Source: Nitrosopumilus sp. (lineage in GTDB: Archaea; Thermoproteota; Nitrososphaeria; Nitrososphaerales; Nitrosopumilaceae). From it: a stretch of 64,000 nt of DNA. The stretch covers positions 256,001 to 320,000 of the forward strand of contig OZ241981.1 in NCBI GenBank assembly GCA_965204345.1, written 5' to 3'. Positions 1 to 9,971 of the stretch are shown here, piece by piece. How positions within the stretch are numbered: the stretch's first letter is position 1; each line of letters opens with the position of its first letter. Below the pieces are notes generated by a model. The model was not told the origin of the DNA, did not search any database, and saw only the letters and a program-made list of their open reading frames with translations. A program made the translations under genes and the position numbers.

Positions 1-109
1 CCGCTGGCAGCAGTGATTACGTGATGCTTGTCCCTGAACAGAATAAGATGCAACGTATCAAGAAAGGAGCGGTCATCATCGACTATCAGTATCCTCTTGC
101 GTAGAGCCA

Positions 110-1375
110 TTACATATCATGGGGGGGAAGGTATATTGTAAAGGTTACCGGATCGTTTGATGCCTTGATGGTGCCCCCATGCAGACGCACTATGTTGGCA
201 CAGCCGGTAAGGCCCAGCCCCGTCCCCTCCATCTTGGTGGTGTATAGGGGCTCAAACACCCTGTCTGTATCCCCCTTTATTGGAGGTCCAGAATTCTCAA
301 AGGAGATCATGGCATGATCTGTGTCCTTGTGCAGCCACACGGTAATGGTACCTGGTGCATCACCGATAGCCTGTGTGGCATTGAGCAACAGGTTTGCAAA
401 TACAAACCCCATCTTCTCTGCATCGCAGTTTATGACAAGGTCATCGCTGGGAAGGCACAGTTGGATGTTTTCTGGTATGAATACTGTATCAAGGCACTCC
501 CGCATCACACCCATCACGGTGGCAGGCCTGAGAACCAGCGGTACAGAGCGCGCATGTGCCATCACACCGTCAACCTGGTGCGACATGCGCCACACGGAGC
601 GCTTTATCCTTTCTGTCTCCTGCAAGACAGTCTTCGGATCTTCGCTCTCCTGTATCAGGGCAACTGAATTGCGTATGGCGCCAAGCGGGTTTCTCATGTC
701 GTGGGCCACAGCAGCTGCCAGCTCGCCAATGACTGCAAGCTTGCTTGCTTTGAGTATCTCATCTGTATGCCTGGAGAAGATTCTCCATATGAGCATTATC
801 ATGAGTACGTGTATTGTGACATTTACAACACCCATGGCAATTTGCAGATGTATCAACCGCGTAGAGGATTTCTCGATATCTGCTGCAAGATCCCCAGTCA
901 GTACATCAGAGAGATCTACCAGTCTGGTGCCTGCAACCACTACTGTCCCAAGATGGCCGTCTCCCTCCTCCAGTGTTAGGGACACGGCATTCCTATATGC
1001 AACAAACGCATCAGAGACGTTTTCCCATTTGCCTGCAAACTCTGCAGACAACGGAGGTATTTTGACACCGTTTGCGGGTCCCCCGTCCTTCAAAAGCACG
1101 ATGTTATTTTCCAAATCTACGAGTGCGGCATGGATGTCCCCGTGTTTCTGTACGCCGCGGTACAAGACGTTGTTTAGCTCTATCTGGACTGCGCCTGCAA
1201 GAAACCTGTTCTTTCCTGCTATGTTTACGGTGTTTCCTGCAAGGTTTGTCTGTGATTCGTAGTGTATGATTACCAGAAAGCTTGCCAGTATAAGGAGAAC
1301 CTCTGCTGATACTATGAGGGCTATCTTGTGGGAGGGCTTCATGCAATATGGTGGATACGTATCAGATAAATCCAT
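110..1375 (-). CDS. Membrane sensor histidine kinase with NarX/PilJ-like extracellular domain
   Basis: Two TM segments, VNIAGKNRFL (NarX P-box-like), H-box AHDMRNPL, N-box NLLLNATQA, G boxes FENSGP and GTGLGL. Confidence 0.9.
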   Translation of the reverse strand: MDLSDTYPPYCMKPSHKIALIVSAEVLLILASFLVIIHYESQTNLAGNTVNIAGKNRFLAGAVQIELNNVLYRGVQKHGDIHAALVDLENNIVLLKDGGPANGVKIPPLSAEFAGKWENVSDAFVAYRNAVSLTLEEGDGHLGTVVVAGTRLVDLSDVLTGDLAADIEKSSTRLIHLQIAMGVVNVTIHVLMIMLIWRIFSRHTDEILKASKLAVIGELAAAVAHDMRNPLGAIRNSVALIQESEDPKTVLQETERIKRSVWRMSHQVDGVMAHARSVPLVLRPATVMGVMRECLDTVFIPENIQLCLPSDDLVINCDAEKMGFVFANLLLNATQAIGDAPGTITVWLHKDTDHAMISFENSGPPIKGDTDRVFEPLYTTKMEGTGLGLTGCANIVRLHGGTIKASNDPVTFTIYLPPHDM

Positions 1376-1489
1376 TACGGTAAAAAAAAGACATACCGCA
1401 AAAAAATTAAAAATTTATATAATGAAAAGGCATACCGCAAACCAATATCAATATTTAAATGATGAAGGCACATAGGGGTTAGTAATAAC

Positions 1490-2542
1490 ATGAAAAACAA
1501 AACAAAAACAATATTGTTTGCATCACTGATTGTAGCGATGATTTTGCCATTTTCAATAATGAATTTTGCAGAGGCAAATCCAACAGATGACCAAAACAGA
1601 ATAAACAAAAAGATTTCAGATATAGAAAACAACAAAAAAGCATATCAAGAACTAGTTGAAAAAGCAACTGAACTCGAAGACCAAATCGGCAGACCTGACC
1701 ATGAGGATACATCTAGGTTACAAGACAAGTTAGATACAATATATGCCAAAATAGATATCTTACAAGAAATCAACTATGAATTGTTTTCAATACCAGCAGA
1801 TAAAAGTACAATTTTACTTGCTACAAAAGAAAATATAAAACAATCATTAGCTGATGATGTACTGCTAGATTCATTTATTGACTATAGAAATGAAGAACTG
1901 GTTTTTGTTCAAAATCCTGATTTTGTAAAATCTCTCTCGGATTCAGAGAAGACAACAGTCAAAGAAAAGCTCGATAAGAAAATCAAGGTAAATTCTAACG
2001 GCCAAAAATACAGAATAGAATCAGTAGAAGAAAAAAGGCAACAAAACTGTCTAGCTAGATCTAATAACTGTAATCCTCAAATGGGTGGTCTCAAAGTTCA
2101 AGTAAGTACTGGTGATGGATATGGAACTTTGGGATTTGCATCTGATCGATTAGGTGTAGATGGATTTGTTATCACAGCACATCAAACAGGTGGTACAGTT
2201 TACCAATATACTGCTACAGCAGGAACTGTAACTGATGTTCAATATGGTTTATGTGATTGTGCCTTTGTAGAGAATACCAGTAGTGATTCAACCCAAAACA
2301 AAATTTGGACTACTAGTTATGGAAGATTTTCAATAACAAGTGAAGCAAGTAATGCTGATCATGAAATTGGCACATTACTAAGAAAATCCGGTGCTGCCTC
2401 TGGCGTAACATCAGGTTCTATCTATTCTAACACGGGAAATTTTGTCTACGCTGATATCTACAGTATTCCAGGTGACAGCGGCTCTCCTGTATATGCAGGT
2501 TCAGGCTCTAGTGGCAAGCTATATGGCTTGTTGTGGGGTTGA
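1490..2542 (+). CDS. Secreted chymotrypsin-like (S1, alpha-lytic-type) serine protease, C-terminus possibly truncated
   Basis: Signal peptide, coiled-coil pro-region, triad motifs FVITAH, DCAFV, GDSGSP; ends abruptly at GLLWG-TGA. Confidence 0.8.
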   Translation: MKNKTKTILFASLIVAMILPFSIMNFAEANPTDDQNRINKKISDIENNKKAYQELVEKATELEDQIGRPDHEDTSRLQDKLDTIYAKIDILQEINYELFSIPADKSTILLATKENIKQSLADDVLLDSFIDYRNEELVFVQNPDFVKSLSDSEKTTVKEKLDKKIKVNSNGQKYRIESVEEKRQQNCLARSNNCNPQMGGLKVQVSTGDGYGTLGFASDRLGVDGFVITAHQTGGTVYQYTATAGTVTDVQYGLCDCAFVENTSSDSTQNKIWTTSYGRFSITSEASNADHEIGTLLRKSGAASGVTSGSIYSNTGNFVYADIYSIPGDSGSPVYAGSGSSGKLYGLLWG

Positions 2543-2620
2543 CCATTTTCAGAACCCACTGATACCATCTATACAAAATATCATATAATCGATTACATCT
2601 GAATTTAGATTAGAATAGAC

Positions 2621-3187
2621 ATGCAAAAACTGCTACTTTTTTTCCTTTTTTTATTATTTGGAGTCAATTATGTAAATGCAGAATTTGATTCATTAAAACA
2701 GCAACTAGAAAACAACATACCGCTTGATGAAATTGAATGTAAAAATAAAATGCATATTCTAACTGAAAGACCTAATGGAAAATTAGCTTGTGTATTTGAA
2801 AATACTGCTGAAAAATTAAATTGGAATAAAATTAACCCTATCACGACTGATATTTTTGAGCTAAAATTTAACGATAATGCATACGATATAGAATATGTCA
2901 TAGAGGGTGGTGTAGTTAAAAACATGATGATAAATCCTGAAAATGAACTTTTTACCATATATGTAGACTCATTTCAAGAGGGTAATCTCAAAATGCAATT
3001 ATCTTATGAATTTCTTGATGAATTAAAATCTACTCGTGATCAAATCTTTCTTCTTAGATCCAATGGAGAATCAACTTCATGGACCGCGCTGCCCGGAAAA
3101 GATCCAAACAAAATAGAATTTATGATTTATTTTAAACAAGGAAATACAGTAATCGAATTTCAAAAAGACGAGATAATACTAAAGTGA
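2621..3187 (+). CDS. Secreted hypothetical protein with thaumarchaeal 'SPLKQ...C...CV' small domain
   Basis: Signal peptide; DSLKQQLENNIPLDEIEC...RPNGKLACV resembles the SPYEQ...C...CV domain of the paralogs at 28-41 kb. Confidence 0.7.
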   Translation: MQKLLLFFLFLLFGVNYVNAEFDSLKQQLENNIPLDEIECKNKMHILTERPNGKLACVFENTAEKLNWNKINPITTDIFELKFNDNAYDIEYVIEGGVVKNMMINPENELFTIYVDSFQEGNLKMQLSYEFLDELKSTRDQIFLLRSNGESTSWTALPGKDPNKIEFMIYFKQGNTVIEFQKDEIILK

Positions 3188-3278
3188 CCATAGTTGTTTT
3201 TATTTTAGCAATTCAATTTCTGCATTTTCAATCTTAGAGGCTTTCCAAGACACTGTTAAGAATACGTGACATGGAGTT

Positions 3279-3298
3279 TACACTGTTCAATCTTAGGG
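3279..3298 (+). repeat. Orphan copy of the IS6-like terminal repeat TACACTGTTCAATCTTAGGG
   Basis: Identical to the first 20 nt of the TIR at 16155; no partner end with a TSD found. Confidence 0.7.
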
Positions 3299-3780
3299 AT
3301 CTCAAATGAAAGATTCTGAAATATTCCGAGTTTGGATCGGTGTGTAAACTAGGAAAGAATCGAAGTGACTGAATTTAGGCGTAAAATCAATGGTTTTAAA
3401 AAATAGAATAAAATAAAAAAAACATACAATCAAATGGCTTTTTTGTCTACTTCTTTCTCTGCAACAGCATAACTTACGCCACCTAATATTATGATGGTTG
3501 CCGTTACGATGCTTAACAATTGTATGTTATTCATGTTATTACCAGCCCCTATGTGCCTTCGTTATTTAAGCAGCTATATTGAGTTACGGCATGCTTCTTT
3601 TTCAGCCAATTTATGATACGAGTCAAATTTTTTTATTGTCAATAAACATTATTTCTGCTGTTTCAAGCCCTTCAAGAAATTGCTGATGTTGGCAATCAGT
3701 AACATAAGTGCAAAGAATGTAATGATGAATTTGTCTATAGCAAGAGGACATTGTCTAAGCAGGCCAAAAAAATATTGAAG

Positions 3781-3907
3781 ATGAATTAGATAATTTAAGA
3801 AAATCATCTCTGGGAATTTACCGTTAAATTCCAGTAATTAGTTCATCAGAATTTGCCAAACCTGGATTGAACGATCCTATGAAATGTCCCGAGTTTGAAA
3901 CCGTGTA
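3781..3907 (+). repeat. Relic transposon right end / subterminal repeat
   Basis: Aligns with 49380-49497 (TAAGAAAATCATCTC...AAATTCC...CATCA.AATTT...AAATGTCC.GAGTTT); ends in GTGTA like the intact ends. Confidence 0.65.
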
Positions 3908-4683
3908 GTAAAAATCCTGGTAAATCATGCAAGCCCAAAAACATAATGAAAAAAATAAAAAAGAGCTAGTGGATATCATCCATGTCCAATCAACACAAAG
4001 GACATTAACATCATTAGTGCTATGTTTTTTGTTTAGAGTTTTAGCATCAGCGACATTAGAACGAAACAGGCAAGACACATGATGACTTGCATCCGAACGA
4101 ACAACCTCTGCATCATAATCGGCATGATAAGAGTATTCACAGATTAAAGCTGATGTACCTTGTATCATCCAAAATGCCCTTAACCAATCATAAGAACCAT
4201 CAACAACTATGGTGCCATATTCCCTTTGAGATTCTGAAACATACGTATGACCTTCAGTAGCAGAATAACATTCAAAGAGCCAATAACAAGGATGAGTATA
4301 TCCAGGTTGAAATTTAATTTGTTTTGTTCCCCTGATAACTGAATAGGACTTAGTTAGTACAGGGCATTGGTAAGAGAATTCTGTCTTGCTTTTTCTGCTT
4401 CTTTTGCATAGTGAGAACGAAGTATCCAGTATTCTGGATTTTCATCAGCCTGTTGCTGAGTAGGTATGCCAAGTTCATTCATCTGAAATACAAGATCGTG
4501 AAATTTTTTCTCTAATTCCATTCTCTTTTCGGGATTTGTTTCTGCTTCTTTTTGGTCATAAACCCTTTTGGCCTCATTGCCAATTCTTTCTATTTTTTCA
4601 TCTCTTGATAGCTCATCTGCGTATACTGTTATGATGGGTATTGCCAGCAGGATGGCTAGTGCTAATAGCAGCTTGCATGTCAT
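3824..4683 (-). pseudogene. Frameshifted secreted hypothetical protein (ORFs 4354-4683 and 3824-4168)
   Basis: The signal-peptide ORF stops at 4354; the frame of the 3824-4168 ORF stays open upstream (SVIRGTKQIKFQPGYTHPCYW...) to ~4350. Confidence 0.5.
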
Positions 4684-5041
4684 CGCACTCTTAGAATTTG
4701 AGGGTATTTAGGTTGAGCTAACTCCTTGCAATCATGCTTCATATTTGTAGAATGAGAATATTCCAATAACAGAGTCTTGCATAACCCAAAACCGGCAAAT
4801 ATATGGTGAAGAAGACGATGATCATGCGCAGAGACCAGATACACATATCTGCCATATTCTGTTATCGCCTGATCATCTGAGAACATCTTTGGTCATCATT
4901 GTTTCAGATTCTTCTACCTTTCGCTTAATTTCTTTGAGTTTGTCTGCATCTGTCATGTTAGTTGACTCGTCATTCCCGTCTTGGTTGGCATAAGATCGGA
5001 TACTGTCGTTGTGGACCGCGGAATTTTACCAGTTCTACGCA

Positions 5042-5287
5042 TCATCTATTACCGTTTGGTATGATTTGAAAGATATGTCCATGTTCGGTGATGAACCTGC
5101 TTTTGCCCATATAGAAAAAACATCTCCCATACCTTCTAGTTTGTATCTGTGCTTTTAGCTGTGGATTGTTTTGATTCCATAAAAATAATTCATGACCACG
5201 CACTGACTGATGCTGTATTAGTGGTTTTGTTTGTGAGTTGTTTTGAGTGTTTTCACCTGCACTAATTTGTTGGACCAAATGGTTCAA
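5042..5287 (-). CDS. Small hypothetical protein, paralog of the N-terminus of 51825-52271
   Basis: TTG start after AGGAGG SD; MNHLVQQISAGENTQ vs MNRLAQQQKQISEDTQ. Confidence 0.45.
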   Translation of the reverse strand: MNHLVQQISAGENTQNNSQTKPLIQHQSVRGHELFLWNQNNPQLKAQIQTRRYGRCFFYMGKSRFITEHGHIFQIIPNGNR

Positions 5288-5525
5288 CCTCCTATAACTG
5301 GCGTAACGTCGCCAGTGGTACGATTCCTATATGAGAATCACTTTGGGAATCTTCCTTTGGAAAATTCTTAGGTGTGGTTCCCAGGAATATTTTTTTGAAA
5401 ACCAATCATGATTTTCTTTAGTCATCACACACCCATCCGCTGAGTCGGCTGATACTATGGTTGCAGGATCAGGTATAATGGGTTTGGATGATTTGACTCA
5501 GTCAAATAAAAAATGTGCCGTATGA

Positions 5526-5921
5526 TTACGACTTTTCTTCGATTCTCTTGAGAGCATCTGTGATGTTGTTACTGAGCTTCTCTTGGGATGATGTCATATT
5601 CTTTAGTGATGTTGCAATATCTTTTTGGGATGTTGCAATATCCTCTAGAATCTCGTCTTGCTTGTCTAATCGCTTGTACAGTGTCTTTGCCACATTTTTA
5701 GTCGTTATCATCATATACACTGCTATACAGCTGGCAATAATAAGTGATATCCCCGATGCAATGGAGATCTCACGCCACAGATGCATAAGATCAAATACGA
5801 CTCCTGTGAATACAATTGAAAACCCGCATACCATGAGCATAAATAAAATCATGTTCTTGCATACGAATTTGCGTATCCTGCTGGGTAGTGACAGCACAAA
5901 CTTTAGCCTATAGCCGCACAT
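5526..5921 (-). CDS. Two-TM plus coiled-coil hypothetical protein (family with 52264-52791)
   Basis: Two hydrophobic helices followed by heptad-like EDIATSQKDIATSLKNM, similar to EIATTLKNIA at 52 kb. Confidence 0.6.
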   Translation of the reverse strand: MCGYRLKFVLSLPSRIRKFVCKNMILFMLMVCGFSIVFTGVVFDLMHLWREISIASGISLIIASCIAVYMMITTKNVAKTLYKRLDKQDEILEDIATSQKDIATSLKNMTSSQEKLSNNITDALKRIEEKS

Positions 5922-6114
5922 TCTCTAGTTTCCCAAGCGTTCTCAGTGTTTCATCACGCATGATATAGTCAACTGAGGTTCCTACACCGAGGGTCTTGCT
6001 ATGAACTTTCATGGCATAGGAATACCGTGTGGCCTTTTTTGCAATGTGTCTGACTAGTGCCTCAAAATATGGCTGGCCCTCAAGATTTCTGATTGCAAAT
6101 TCCTCGGCAGTCAT
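5908..6114 (-). CDS. Small hypothetical protein
   Basis: Overlaps both neighbouring ORFs, operon-like. Confidence 0.5.
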   Translation of the reverse strand: MTAEEFAIRNLEGQPYFEALVRHIAKKATRYSYAMKVHSKTLGVGTSVDYIMRDETLRTLGKLENVRL

Positions 6115-6527
6115 GATGCATGTCCTGCCTTTTGTGCGCTCATTGGAGCCACAGGTGATCTTGCAAGTCGGGTCTTCTCACAGCACTTCTTCTTTTGTTT
6201 TTGTACTGTCTGCATTGTTGCATATCCCTTTTTGCTGCGATTCTGCGCAGCTCTTTTCTGTCCCAGTTCTTCTGCAGGGACTTGTTTTCTGTTTGCAACC
6301 TTTGCCGTTCTCTGTGACAAAGATGGCATTGCAGAGTCGACCCAAGGGTCGACTAGCTGCTGTGCCTTTTTTGGTGCCATAAAATTGGCATACATTTTTG
6401 ATTCCTTTTGGAACTCTGTATTGTCTGCTGTATCGGCTGGTTCAAGATTGTATTTTTTGAGAATGTCTGATTTCTCATCCTCTCCAATACCTTTACCATT
6501 TTGTGATATTGCTGCCATGAATACCAA
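6111..6527 (-). CDS. Basic hypothetical protein
   Basis: ORF with ATGA overlap into the next gene. Confidence 0.45.
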   Translation of the reverse strand: MVFMAAISQNGKGIGEDEKSDILKKYNLEPADTADNTEFQKESKMYANFMAPKKAQQLVDPWVDSAMPSLSQRTAKVANRKQVPAEELGQKRAAQNRSKKGYATMQTVQKQKKKCCEKTRLARSPVAPMSAQKAGHAS

Positions 6528-6823
6528 GCTGTTGTTCCTTGGGTTTTCCCCTCAGGTATCTGCATTAGATCATCATCGTCCCCTACTGGAACGAGAATTA
6601 TGCCTGGAACATCATGATTCCTGGAATGTCTGCTGCAAGCAATGGTGGGATCACGTATGCGTATGTCAGTGATCCTACTATGACAAAAATCATCGTCAGT
6701 GCCGCAGTCATTGCCGCCCTTTTGACAAATTGTTTTTTTGACATGGACTCGTACGAGTTTCGGAAAATCATTCCTCATCAGCATGCCTTCTGGTTGGGTT
6801 ATATTGGTAAAATCATGTCAAAG

Positions 6824-6897
6824 TGGTGAGGGCTCAGATTGTGGCTGTCATCATATTGATGTTCAGATCAACGCCGGTCTCATCATCGCCCTCACTA
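6824..6897 (-). ncRNA. Archaeal C/D-box sRNA, copy 1
   Basis: Minus strand: terminal stem GTGAGGGC/GCCCTCAC; box C ATGATGA, guide GACCGGCGTTGAT, D' CTGA, C' ATGATGA, guide CAGCCACAAT, D CTGA. Confidence 0.85.
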
Positions 6898-7015
6898 TCC
6901 TGTATCAGCCTGTCTTGGCTGTCTTGAAAAATTGTGTATAGTCTGAGTTTCAGGAATTAATCCCGCATTCTTAGATGGCATCTAGTTGAGTTATATTGAT
7001 AAAATAATGTCAAAG

Positions 7016-7089
7016 TGGTGAGGGCTCAGACTGACTCTTGTCATCATACTGATGTCACTATGAATGGTGTCTCATCATCGCCCTCACCA
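7016..7089 (-). ncRNA. Archaeal C/D-box sRNA, copy 2
   Basis: Same terminal stem; box C ATGATGA, guide GACACCATTCATA, D' GTGA, C' ATGATGA, guide CAAGAGTCAGT, D CTGA; 192-bp period relative to copy 1. Confidence 0.85.
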
Positions 7090-7352
7090 TCCTATCTTAT
7101 AATTCCGAATCTTTCAGAAACGTGTATAGTCTTGGATTTTGGAAAAGGCTGTTACAAAAAATGGTTTTAGGTTTTGTAGATTTGGTTTAGGGTTTTGTTT
7201 TTCAGTTTTGATGATTTGGTTTTTGGAAATTGCACAATTTTGGTGTCGTGTGATTACGCGATATCTGGCAGGTTTTGATTATCTGATAACTGGAATTTGA
7301 CAATTTATTGCCAGGATGCACTATTGGCAGTTTTTAGGATGGGTTGCCAGTC

Positions 7353-7594
7353 ATTTCATTGTTAAGGCGGCTTGTATGTCATCCCAACCACTTGAGCATA
7401 CCTCAGTAGGATTTCTTTGCTGTGTGCATAGTAGCGGTTCTACAAGTGAATGAGGATCCTGATTCGGATCGTCTCCGCATATCCGTGGACCCGGATCATA
7501 ATGAGTATAACATGTGGGTATCAAAAGTATGCCAACTATAGTAAAGATTATGGTTGCACTACCAATTAAAGAGAGTGTATGTGAACTTCATCAT
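7353..7594 (-). pseudogene. Frameshifted small membrane-anchored Cys-containing protein, paralog of 53459-53687
   Basis: IFTIVGILLIPTC...EVCSSGWDDIQAAL vs VFTIVGILFTPTC...EVCSSAWYDIQAAL; both copies frameshifted. Confidence 0.55.
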
Positions 7595-8123
7595 CGCAAC
7601 CTAAGAAAGACTTGTAATAAAGTTGGTCTTTACTGCAAAAAACCGGGTGATCCTCCAAAATAATAAGAGGTTGACCTTCAGATGATGACTCAAAACACAA
7701 GCGCCACTACGACAAACTCTTACAATTTTAGAGCTGCCATCCATATGATGTATAATTACGCTACTGCTATTGTATTGAGCACTGCCAATTTGTACGACCG
7801 TCATTATCGAATGCATGAAAACCACAAGTATCTTCTTGTATACCGTATTTGTATCAGGAGAAATCACAATGTTTTACCACTGTCCTAGAAAAGAATTTCT
7901 TGTTGCTTATTTGTTCATCATATTGCGGTAAATCATCTACACTTGCAAAACCATCAATTTGCCGAGTTCCACTTTGTGTTGCATGTGCTCTGATGAATGG
8001 CATTATTGAATCATGTTCATGAGGGATGTTGCCATTTTCAAAATCATATGCCATGTTTGGATAAAGTATCTGTCCTTTTGCAGGTTGCAAATATGCATCA
8101 TATGAGCACCATGCAAAAGGATA

Positions 8124-8480
8124 ATGCCGCCTCTTCTTTTTTTATTTTTAAATGGAACGAATGTAATAATAAAATATGAAAAAAAAGTCCTCTTGTCTTT
8201 GAGTATAATTTTGGTGATGGGCTTAATCCCTCAAGGATTCTCTCATGCAGACCCTGAATCAATGACATTGATTACCAATGGTACAATTCAGCAAGTCAAA
8301 GTAGTTGGATTAGGTCCTACTGAAGAGTCAGACAAAGAAGAGGTGATTTCAATATTTGGATTACATCCTGTAATTTTCACATTATCTGCAGGAATTGCAG
8401 CAATCATGGGAATCTTTACATGCATCAGTTATAGAGAAGACATTACTGCATTAAAAAACATCAGACGTGAAAAATCATAA
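8124..8480 (+). CDS. Secreted/membrane hypothetical protein; true start probably frameshifted in an A-run near 8176
   Basis: Signal-like KKVLLSLSIILVMGLIPQGFSHA and C-terminal TM; ATG at 8176 is out of frame across A8. Confidence 0.45.
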   Translation: MPPLLFLFLNGTNVIIKYEKKVLLSLSIILVMGLIPQGFSHADPESMTLITNGTIQQVKVVGLGPTEESDKEEVISIFGLHPVIFTLSAGIAAIMGIFTCISYREDITALKNIRREKS

Positions 8481-8521
8481 AAATAATTCTGTTCCTAATT
8501 TTATCCATAGGCCTAATTCCT

Positions 8522-8884
8522 ATGGCACATGCAGAGTATTTTGATTGGAAATTCTGCAGTGATACCGTAAAATTCCCATATGCAATAACAAATGGAACAC
8601 TAAAAGAAACAATACATCTCAAGCTGGCAGATACTATTCTGTGTGCCGGGCAATATTCGACTGATTATCAACTGCAGTTAATCCACACATCAAACAACCA
8701 AACTGGTTTTCAAATAGGATTGCCTGAGGAACTAGATTTTGAGAAGATCAAGGTACGAATAATTGACAGATATAATGTTGAGACCTTTTGGCTAAATCAG
8801 ACGGCTGATTTTGTATCATTAGATAATTACACTCATGATAAATTTGGGTTCATTGCAGTTATCTTGGATTTTGCAGGAATATGA
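8522..8884 (+). CDS. Hypothetical protein (signal peptide appears to lie upstream in frame without a start codon)
   Basis: Upstream IIKIILFLILSIGLIP precedes MAHAEY. Confidence 0.4.
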   Translation: MAHAEYFDWKFCSDTVKFPYAITNGTLKETIHLKLADTILCAGQYSTDYQLQLIHTSNNQTGFQIGLPEELDFEKIKVRIIDRYNVETFWLNQTADFVSLDNYTHDKFGFIAVILDFAGI

Positions 8885-9394
8885 TCTGAAATACTTTATA
8901 AAGAAATTAAAAATAATAAAAGAAGCAAGTAAACCAATTATGAGATTTGCACAAAATAGTAATTGATCACTAAGATGCACGGCATCTGACGGTATTCTGG
9001 CAAATTTTGATAATTTAGAATGCCGTAAATCACAGATTGTATAGTCTCAAAACTGCACCGTGAGATTTTTTGACGGCTAGGTAACTTTTTTTAAGAAAAA
9101 TTATCTCTTGCAACTTGCCGTCAAATTGCAGTGATCAGCTTAGCAAAATTTGCCAAATCCATCCAGAGACCAGAAACAAGAATACAACACTGTCATTTGG
9201 CCAAACTTGCAAAATATCATAAACCCGTATCAACTGATTCCTTTTGAATCCTTAAAATGCCAAACCAGGAAAGAATTAAGGAGACGGAATTTAGGCATAA
9301 TGTTACTGATTTTAACAAGCAAAATAAAGAAAAAACACGCAACTAAACGCACATTAAAAGAATTCTTAATTACTCTCTAGTTTTTTCTATAATT

Positions 9395-9970
9395 ATGATA
9401 TATTCAAAAAAACCCCTCATAGGAATAATCATGGGATCTAGTTCGGATAGTAGAATTATGCATGGTGCATCTGAAATTCTAGATGAATACAAAATTAGAC
9501 ATGAGGATCAAATAGTATCTGCGCACAGAACTCCTGCCAGATTGGCAGAATATGCAAAACATGCTGAAAAAATGGGATTCAAGATTATTATTGCCGGTGC
9601 CGGTGGTGCCGCACATTTGCCTGGAATGATTGCATCTCATACCACCATACCTGTTATCGGAGTACCTATCCTGGTGTATAATGACAAACATCCAAAAAAA
9701 TCAGATGCCACAAAGTTTTCTGCATTTGGAGGCCTAGATTCGCTCTTATCTATTACTGAAATGCCTTCAGGCTCTCCCGTAGTGTCTGTTGGGGTAAACA
9801 AGGCAGGAAATGCAGGGATTTATGCCATGAAGATACTTGCAAATGAGTTTCCGGATTTAAAAAAGAAATTAAAACAATACAAGTCAACACAGCACAATTC
9901 AGTAATGGAAGAGTCAGATCATCTAAAAAAGGTCGGCCTTTCAAAGTTTGTGAAAAAGAAATTCAAATAA
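9395..9970 (+). CDS. purE: N5-carboxyaminoimidazole ribonucleotide mutase
   Basis: IIMGSSSD, SAHRTP, AGAGGAAHLPGM, VIGVP, GLDSLLSI motifs. Confidence 0.97.
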   Translation: MIYSKKPLIGIIMGSSSDSRIMHGASEILDEYKIRHEDQIVSAHRTPARLAEYAKHAEKMGFKIIIAGAGGAAHLPGMIASHTTIPVIGVPILVYNDKHPKKSDATKFSAFGGLDSLLSITEMPSGSPVVSVGVNKAGNAGIYAMKILANEFPDLKKKLKQYKSTQHNSVMEESDHLKKVGLSKFVKKKFK

Positions 9971-9971
9971 T

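Noticed and set aside
321-1262. Long antisense ORFs (also 24510-25199, 58031-58861 and others)
   Set aside because: Shadow frames of well-supported genes on the opposite strand.
3279-3907. Intact MITE between the two relic ends
   Set aside because: Ends match poorly and flanks (ATGGAGTT vs GTAAAAAT) give no TSD.
6824-7089. TIGR-type guide array
   Set aside because: Only two units, each with canonical full C/D boxes, a terminal stem and its own flanks; no Nop-domain gene nearby.
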